Origin: Vicinamibacteria bacterium
Lineage (GTDB): Bacteria; Acidobacteriota; Vicinamibacteria; Marinacidobacterales; Marinacidobacteraceae
Direction of reading: 5' to 3'
DNA length: 64,000 nt
NCBI GenBank assembly: GCA_963668695.2
Contig: CAXXLQ010000001.1
Span: forward strand, 32,001 to 96,000
In this document: in pieces, positions 58,240 through 64,000 of the stretch
Numbering within the stretch: the stretch's first letter is position 1
How the letters are laid out: each line of letters opens with the position of its first letter
Notes under the pieces: generated by a model
What the model saw: only the letters and a program-made list of their open reading frames with translations
What the model was told of the DNA's origin: nothing
Databases searched by the model: none
Program-made: the position numbers and the translations under genes

Positions 58240-59190
58240 ATGACTCCCGTCGCCTTGCCGTCCGTCGATATGGGAGTGGAAATCGCTGGTCTGAAGTTGC
58301 CCACGCCCCTGATTGCCGCCAGTGGAACCTTCGGCTACGGCGACGAGTACCAGCAGGTGGCGGACTACGACTGCATCGGAGCGATCTCGGTCAAGGGGCT
58401 GTACCTCGAACCCCGAAAGGGATGTCCGCCTCCGCGAATCTGGGAGACGCCGTCCGGTATGCTGAACGCCATCGGACTTCAGGAGGTCGGAATCCGGCGT
58501 TTCCTGGCCGAGAAGCTTCCGGTCGTCCGGGCCCTCGGCAAGATCGTCATTGCCAACATCTGCGGCAGTTCGCTCGCCGAGTACGGCGAGTTGGCCAGGA
58601 TCCTCGACCAGGCGGAGGGGGTTGCCGGCATCGAAGTGAACATTTCGTGTCCCAACGTTGCCGAGGGAGGGATCGAGTTCGGATGTGACCCGGACATGGC
58701 GGCGCGCGCCACTGAGGTGGTGCGCCGGGGGACCCGACTGCCGGTGATTCCGAAACTCAGTCCCAGCGCCAGCGACCTGGCCGCGGTGGCTCGCCGGGTT
58801 GCGGAGGCAGGAGCCGATGCGGTGTCCCTCATCAACACCATCCCCGCGATGGCAGTGGATGTGGAGACGCGCCGGCCGCGGCTCGCCAACGTAGTGGGGG
58901 GGTTGTCGGGCCCTGCGATTCGTCCGATTGCAGTCCGCATGGTGTGGGAGGTGGCGCGGGGCAGCCGGCTGCCGGTGATCGGCATGGGCGGAATCGCGAA
59001 CGCCGAGGACGCCCTTGAATTCCTGCTCGTCGGGGCCGCGGCGGTGCAGATCGGCACCATGAACTTCGTGGACCCCGGGGTCTGGCGGCGCACTCTCGAC
59101 GGCCTTGCCGCGTACTGCCGGCGGCACGAGGTTCCGGCGGTGCGCACGCTGACCGGCGCGATGCTCCCGGCTGCGGGGTCTCGGGCGTGA
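58240..59190 (+). CDS. pyrD: Dihydroorotate dehydrogenase B catalytic subunit (class 1B)
   Basis: 'AASGTFGYG', 'MLNAIGL', 'EVNISCPNV', 'LINT', 'GGLSGPAIRP', 'IGMGGI'. Confidence 0.95.
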   Translation: MTPVALPSVDMGVEIAGLKLPTPLIAASGTFGYGDEYQQVADYDCIGAISVKGLYLEPRKGCPPPRIWETPSGMLNAIGLQEVGIRRFLAEKLPVVRALGKIVIANICGSSLAEYGELARILDQAEGVAGIEVNISCPNVAEGGIEFGCDPDMAARATEVVRRGTRLPVIPKLSPSASDLAAVARRVAEAGADAVSLINTIPAMAVDVETRRPRLANVVGGLSGPAIRPIAVRMVWEVARGSRLPVIGMGGIANAEDALEFLLVGAAAVQIGTMNFVDPGVWRRTLDGLAAYCRRHEVPAVRTLTGAMLPAAGSRA

Positions 59191-59948
59191 CGGTTTCTTC
59201 CGCCCCGGGCTCTGGCTCCGCCCCCCCCGCAATACCCGGATGGGTGGCTCCTCCCGGCGCCGGGGAGCTGGTGGTTGCCGTCGACACCGCGTCCCTCGAC
59301 GAGGCGATGCGTCTTCGGGACACCCTGGCGGGCGCCGCCTCGTTCTACAAGGTGGGGAAGGAACTCTTCACCGCGGCCGGACCGCGCGCGGTCTCCGAGT
59401 TTGCCTCGGCAGGGCGCGTGTTCCTGGACCTCAAGTTCCACGACATTCCGGCAACGGTCGCGGGCGCGGTGCGAGCGTCGGCGGGGTTGGGAGCCAGCAT
59501 CGTGGATGTCCATGCCTCCGGGGGAAGGCCGATGCTCGAGGCGGCTGTCCGAGCCGCCTGGTCCACCCCGGCGCCGCCCCTGCTGCTCGGAGTAACCGTG
59601 CTGACCCACTTCGACCGGGAGAGCGCCGCTGAGGTCTATCCCGGGATTTCCATTGCGGACCAGGTTCTGAATCTCGCCCGGCTCACCCGGGCGGCCGGGC
59701 TGGGGGGAGTGGTCGCGTCCGCCTCGGAGGCGGAAGAACTTCGCAGCACTTTCGGCGACGATTTCGTGCTGCTCGTGCCGGGAGTCCGTCCCCGCTGGGC
59801 GGCCGAAGCGCACGACCAGCGCCGGGTCGCCACCCCGGGCGAGGCAGCGCGGCGAGGGGCGAACTACATCGTCGTCGGCCGGGCCATCACCAGGCACGCC
59901 GACCCCCGGACGGCGGCGCTTCGGATCGTCGAAGAAATCCGCGGCTGA
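59187..59948 (+). CDS. pyrF: Orotidine-5'-phosphate decarboxylase
   Basis: 'FLDLKFHDIPATV', 'PGVR', 'DQRRVATP', 'VVGRAIT'; GTGA overlap with pyrD. Confidence 0.96.
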   Translation: MTVSSAPGSGSAPPAIPGWVAPPGAGELVVAVDTASLDEAMRLRDTLAGAASFYKVGKELFTAAGPRAVSEFASAGRVFLDLKFHDIPATVAGAVRASAGLGASIVDVHASGGRPMLEAAVRAAWSTPAPPLLLGVTVLTHFDRESAAEVYPGISIADQVLNLARLTRAAGLGGVVASASEAEELRSTFGDDFVLLVPGVRPRWAAEAHDQRRVATPGEAARRGANYIVVGRAITRHADPRTAALRIVEEIRG

Positions 59949-60075
59949 CAGGCGTCTGGTGCGATCCGAAATAGCCAGCGCGGACCGAAAATCGCAGGTC
60001 TAACGTTGACTCGCAGAGAGCGTTCCGATAGCCTCCCAAGTGGCTGTTATTTCGCTGTCCCCGGAGGTTTTCCTT

Positions 60076-60642
60076 GTGAGAAAAGCTATCGCCACCTTGC
60101 TGTTGCTCTCTCTCGCGACGGTTGCTCTTGGGTTCGCCTTGTCCGCGTGCTCCAAGGCGCCTCCGCCTCCGCCTCCGCCGCCGGAGGAGCCGCCTCCTCC
60201 GCCGCCTCCGCCACCGCCGCCTCCGCCACCGCCACCACCACCGCCGCCACCGCCGCCGACGGAGCGGGACATGTATCTGGACACCGACATGATGGAGCTC
60301 CAGAGGAACCTCTCGGACGTTCACTTCGCCTATGACGAGTCGGAGTTGACCGATGCCTCGCGAAGCGCGCTTCAAGCCAACTCGGCTTGGTTGCAGCAGC
60401 CCTATGTCTCGGCGCAGATCCAGATCGAGGGCCATTGCGACGAGCGCGGCACCGTGGAATACAACCAGGCGCTCGGTGAGCGGCGGGGGCGCGCAGCCTA
60501 CGACTACCTCGTTTCGCTGGGGGTGCCGGACAGCCGGATCGAGATGGTGAGCTACGGGAAGGAGCGCCCGCAGTGCACCGAGAGCGACGAAGACTGCTGG
60601 CAGCGGAACCGTCGCGCCCACTTCAAGATCACGACCAAGTAG
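60076..60642 (+). CDS. pal: Peptidoglycan-associated lipoprotein with poly-proline linker
   Basis: GGAGG + GTG; lipobox 'ALSA|C'; OmpA-C motifs 'HFAYD', 'EGHCDERGTVEYNQALGERR', 'SYGKERP', 'NRRA'. Confidence 0.93.
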   Translation: MRKAIATLLLLSLATVALGFALSACSKAPPPPPPPPEEPPPPPPPPPPPPPPPPPPPPPPPTERDMYLDTDMMELQRNLSDVHFAYDESELTDASRSALQANSAWLQQPYVSAQIQIEGHCDERGTVEYNQALGERRGRAAYDYLVSLGVPDSRIEMVSYGKERPQCTESDEDCWQRNRRAHFKITTK

Positions 60643-60657
60643 CGACTTCCGCTTCCG

Positions 60658-60697
60658 AAAGCGCTCCGGTCGAAAGACCGGGGCGCTTTCTTCTTTG
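60658..60697 (+). terminator. Rho-independent terminator after pal
   Basis: AAAGCGCTCCGGTC-GAAA-GACCGGGGCGCTTT followed by CTTCTTT. Confidence 0.8.
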
Positions 60698-60800
60698 TGC
60701 CCGGATTTGTGCCCGGACGCGGTCCGAAGCCTCTTCCGGGCCCGCGCCCGGCCACGACACGGCCCGCGAGAGGATCAGCCGGGCATCAACCCCGTTTGGG

Positions 60801-62237
60801 TTACGCGCTTCCGACCCGACGTCGCGCGGTTTCGGGTAGTTCGGGATCCCTCATGGGCTTTTGCAAAATCCCGTGACGTTTCATTTTTTCGTGGAGCGTC
60901 GTGGGGTTCATCTGCAGTGCCTGAGCGGCGCGTTTCTGGTTACCCCGGGTCCGCCGGAGCGCCCGCTCGATGAGCGTCTTCTCGATTTCGGCGATCACTT
61001 CCTTGAGAGGGCGGGAACCGATGTTCTCGGCGCGCGGCGCCGGCCCCTCCGGCGGCGAGCAGAGCGCTTCGGGCAGGACGGTGCCGGAGAACCGGGACAC
61101 CCGGGCGGTTGCCACCGCGCGCTCCACCCACATGCGGAGTTCCGCGGTGTTGCCGGGCCAGTGGTACCCGCCGTAAGCCTCGACCGTGGCTCCGGAGACC
61201 CCGAAAGGAGGCTCTCCGGAGGTCTTGCAAGCCTGCTTCAGGAAATGCAGGAGGAGGGCCGGGATGTCCTCCCGGCGCTGTCGTAGCGGGGGGATCCGGA
61301 TGGTGGCCGTCTCCAGACGTTTGAACAGTGTTCGCGAGAACGCGCCGGACTGCACTCTGGCTCGGAGGTCGGGGGTAGCGGAAACGAGCAGCCGGAATGG
61401 GGGCGGCCGGCGAACGGCGTCGTCGAGAGTGGCCTGATCTCCAGCGTGGAGGTGCTCCACGCCACTCAGATAGAGACTCCCCGGCCGGTAGAGACCCTCC
61501 GCCCGGGTCTGGAGACTCCTCGATCCGGATTCCCGGTCGTCTCGTCTCAGCCTCGCGAGGATCGTTCCCAGTCCTCCCGCCGGAAGGCTCGCCGCTTGAA
61601 GCGGGAGGAACGGCAGCGACGACTGGCGGCCGAGTCGATGAACGAGTTCAGCGGCCAGACGCCGGCCACTACCCGGTTCGCCGACGACCAGCACGGGCCC
61701 GTCCGAGAAGGCGGTCGTGGTGATGGCGCTGCGGATCTCCGCGGCCTCGTCCGAGCAGCCGATCCAGTCTTCAAGCCGGGTCGCGGAGCGGAGCTCGTCC
61801 CGCAGAATCCGGTTCTCTCGCAGCAGGCTCCGATATCCGAGTTCGGCCTCCAGGGAGGTGAGCAACGCTTCCCGGCGGACTGGAGCGGGCACGAGCCGCG
61901 GGCGTCCGGGTCCGAGTCCGGCGAAATCCGGCTTGGCCGTCTCAGCGTCGGCGAGCACGATGGTCGCCGCTTCGGGGCAGATCGCGTGCAAGCGATCCAG
62001 CGTTGCACGCACGGGCACCGGACTCGCCGTCGCGTCCACGACCACTACCGAGGCTCGATGGAGCCGCTCCTCCGCCGTTTCGTCCAGTACCGAAGGGTAC
62101 CGTTCCACCTGCCACGACTCCTCGGTAAGGAACTGGACGGCGTCGCGCGCTGGCCGGCTGTCCCCGACCACGACAGCGACGCGGTCGGTGGCGGCGATTG
62201 GCGCCTTCGGGATGAGAGCGGGCGCGGCGAGGGACAT
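60801..62237 (-). CDS. NtrC-like regulator (receiver-like + degenerate AAA+ + Fis HTH)
   Basis: 'GEPGSGRRLAAELVH', 'IPPLRQRREDI', 'YHWPGNTAEL', 'GNQKRAAQALQMNPTTLHEKMK'; ATG 62237. Confidence 0.85.
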   Translation of the reverse strand: MSLAAPALIPKAPIAATDRVAVVVGDSRPARDAVQFLTEESWQVERYPSVLDETAEERLHRASVVVVDATASPVPVRATLDRLHAICPEAATIVLADAETAKPDFAGLGPGRPRLVPAPVRREALLTSLEAELGYRSLLRENRILRDELRSATRLEDWIGCSDEAAEIRSAITTTAFSDGPVLVVGEPGSGRRLAAELVHRLGRQSSLPFLPLQAASLPAGGLGTILARLRRDDRESGSRSLQTRAEGLYRPGSLYLSGVEHLHAGDQATLDDAVRRPPPFRLLVSATPDLRARVQSGAFSRTLFKRLETATIRIPPLRQRREDIPALLLHFLKQACKTSGEPPFGVSGATVEAYGGYHWPGNTAELRMWVERAVATARVSRFSGTVLPEALCSPPEGPAPRAENIGSRPLKEVIAEIEKTLIERALRRTRGNQKRAAQALQMNPTTLHEKMKRHGILQKPMRDPELPETARRRVGSA

Positions 62238-62356
62238 GGATAGGCGAGGGGAGCCCGGGCCTCCTCCCTTCACGATTCCCTCGCCCGCTGGAATTCCGAA
62301 GCTCGGAGAGGTTCCGAACAAAGAGAACGATGTCAGCGGGGAATGGTTCCGCCTAA

Positions 62357-62510
62357 CAGCCGGTGGTGGAACCCGCGTGAGCGCCGAGGCCGGCCAGTTC
62401 TCCCGGTGGGGGCGAGGCCCAGTTCTCCCGGTGGGGGTCCGGCTGACAAGGCGCGTGAGGGAGGAGCCCCCACCGGGAGAACTGGGCCGTGTGGGTTCCA
62501 CTACCGGCTG
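62357..62510. mobile_element. Short MITE copy
   Basis: CTAA|CAGCCGGTGGTGGAACCC ... GGGTTCCACTACCGGCTG|TTGA. Confidence 0.8.
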
Positions 62511-62551
62511 TTGAGCTCCCCGATCCGGAGATTACCGGGGATTACCGGGGA

Positions 62552-63181
62552 TTACCGGGATTGCCGGATCTGGGCCGCAACTTCCAGGAAATAGGCATGG
62601 ATGCGCGTATCGGTCGTCAGTTCCGGATGAAAGGTTGTCGCAAGCACCCGCCCTTCCCGGACGAAAGCCGACTGCCCGCGCCATTTCGCGAGCACGTGCA
62701 CGTCCGCACCGGCGGCGCTGATGATTGGGGCGCGGATCATCACCAGAGGCAGGTCCGGCTCACCCAGCTCGGGACAGGGCGTCGCCCCGAGGTGGCTCTC
62801 CAACTGCCGGCCGTAACCGTTTCGCTGGATCTCGATGTCAAGCAGTGCAAGCGACTGCTGCGCCGGATTCTGGACGGCGCGGGCCAGGAGAATGGCTCCG
62901 GCGCAGGTCCCGTAGAGTGCGCCTCCCCGTTGATGGAAGGTTCTGAGGGGCTCGAAGAGTTCCTCCTCGAGGAGAAACTTCAGCATCGTCGAGCTTTCTC
63001 CGCCGGGGATGATGAGTCCATCGAGCCCGTCGAGGGCCGGAGTCCTGCGGACCTCTACCGCTTCGATGCCGAGTCGCTGCAGTATGGCCGTGTGCAGAGC
63101 GAAGCTCCCCTGAAGTGCGAGCACCCCGATGCGCGGCGAGGAAGGGGACCGGACAGGCTCCAACCGGGTCGGCGCTGTCAT
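62552..63181 (-). CDS. pdxT: Pyridoxal 5'-phosphate synthase glutaminase subunit
   Basis: 'IGVLALQG', 'PGGESS', 'GTCAG', 'RNGYGRQ', 'IRAP', 'FHPEL'. Confidence 0.96.
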   Translation of the reverse strand: MTAPTRLEPVRSPSSPRIGVLALQGSFALHTAILQRLGIEAVEVRRTPALDGLDGLIIPGGESSTMLKFLLEEELFEPLRTFHQRGGALYGTCAGAILLARAVQNPAQQSLALLDIEIQRNGYGRQLESHLGATPCPELGEPDLPLVMIRAPIISAAGADVHVLAKWRGQSAFVREGRVLATTFHPELTTDTRIHAYFLEVAAQIRQSR

Positions 63182-63327
63182 CTTTGGCGAATCTCTCCCA
63201 TCTTCACGTAAGCACGGCGTTTCGAGGCTCCGTCCTGCCGAACTGCGCCTGCGGCGGACGAACCTCCGGAAGCGGAACGCTGAGAAGCGTCACCACGGAC
63301 CCGGGACCCCACCCCGGCTAGTAGCGT

Positions 63328-64000
63328 TTAGTTGCCGCGCGTCTGCAGCAACTCCGCCTCTGGGATCGAGGCGATGTCCAGGCCTCGCATCGGTTCGCCG
63401 AGGCCCATGGAAACCTCGACCAGCATGGCCGGGTCGCGGTAGTGGGTCACCGCTTTCACGATGGCCTTGGCCCGCTGTGCCGGATCCGTCGACTTGAAGA
63501 TCCCGGACCCGACGAAAACCGATTCCGCCCCGAGTTGCATGCACAGCGCCGCGTCGGCCGGGGTTGCTACCCCTCCCGCCGCGAAGTTGGGTACGGGCAA
63601 GCGCCCGTCGCGCGCCACGATCCGCACCAGTTCGTAGGGGGCGCGGAGTTCCTTGGCGGCGGACATCAGTTCGTCATCGGTAAGGATCGTGAGGCGGCGG
63701 AGCGCGTTTCCGATATGGCGCAAGTGCCGGACAGCTTCCACGATGTTGCCGGAACCGGCTTCGCCCTTGGTACGAATGAGCGCCGCCCCTTCCCCAATCC
63801 GGCGGAGCGCCTCCCCGAGGTTGCGGCAGCCGCACACGAAAGGCACCTCGAAGGCGTGCTTGTCGATGTGGTTTTCTTCGTCGGCCGGTGTCAGCACTTC
63901 ACTCTCGTCAACGAAGTCCACCCCCATCTCCTGAAGAATCTGGGCCTCGACGAAGTGGCCGATGCGCACCTTGGCCATCACCGGGATGCTTACCGTTTCA
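63328..64000 (-). CDS. pdxS: Pyridoxal 5'-phosphate synthase lyase subunit, 5' end beyond right edge
   Basis: '[13 protein letters not shown]', '[10 protein letters not shown]', 'IRTKGEAG', '[14 protein letters not shown]', '[10 protein letters not shown]'. Confidence 0.96.
   Translation of the reverse strand, partial: ETVSIPVMAKVRIGHFVEAQILQEMGVDFVDESEVLTPADEENHIDKHAFEVPFVCGCRNLGEALRRIGEGAALIRTKGEAGSGNIVEAVRHLRHIGNALRRLTILTDDELMSAAKELRAPYELVRIVARDGRLPVPNFAAGGVATPADAALCMQLGAESVFVGSGIFKSTDPAQRAKAIVKAVTHYRDPAMLVEVSMGLGEPMRGLDIASIPEAELLQTRGN

Noticed and set aside
54841-62562. Short tandem duplications (GAAGCGCCCAATCC at 54841, TGTGCCCGGA at ~60697, GATTACCGGG x3 at 62530)
   Set aside because: Real but short slippage-type repeats with no evidence of function.

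Overview
This is a GC-rich (roughly 70% by eye) diderm bacterial window; gene content is suggestive of Acidobacteriota, which is inference only. (1) 1-2.7 kb: a Type III R-M methyltransferase running off the left edge. (2) 2.8-26.3 kb: a plastic region built around two copies of an 'RND-RND-MFP <- / -> tRNA-Val(TAC)' locus. The first copy is intact. The second has a ~5 kb internal deletion, an identical core and diverged flanks. Copy 1 is followed by a PIN toxin-antitoxin pair, a MITE-broken gene and a large Ig-like lipoprotein. Copy 2 is followed by a decayed integrative/mobilisable island with an IHF site, DUF429-like nuclease, metzincin lipoprotein, ColE1-type oriT and a 5'-truncated P4-like integrase fused to an antitoxin remnant. 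(3) 26.7-44.5 kb: a head-to-tail array of seven paralogous secreted CBM9-like/DUF5916-type outer-membrane proteins (subfamilies of 3 and 4, mosaic), bracketed by TA modules. (4) 45-64 kb: mostly core genes (CitE-like lyase, DAACS symporter, serine hydrolase, TolB-repeat amidohydrolase, HU, GspE/PilB ATPase, pyrK-pyrD-pyrF, poly-proline Pal, degenerate NtrC-like regulator, pdxT, pdxS). A family of non-autonomous TIR elements is scattered throughout. They have CAGCC...GGCTG ends and TTAA/CTAG target duplications, often start at TAG stop codons, and sometimes carry tandemly reiterated termini. No CRISPR array, rRNA or transposase gene was seen.
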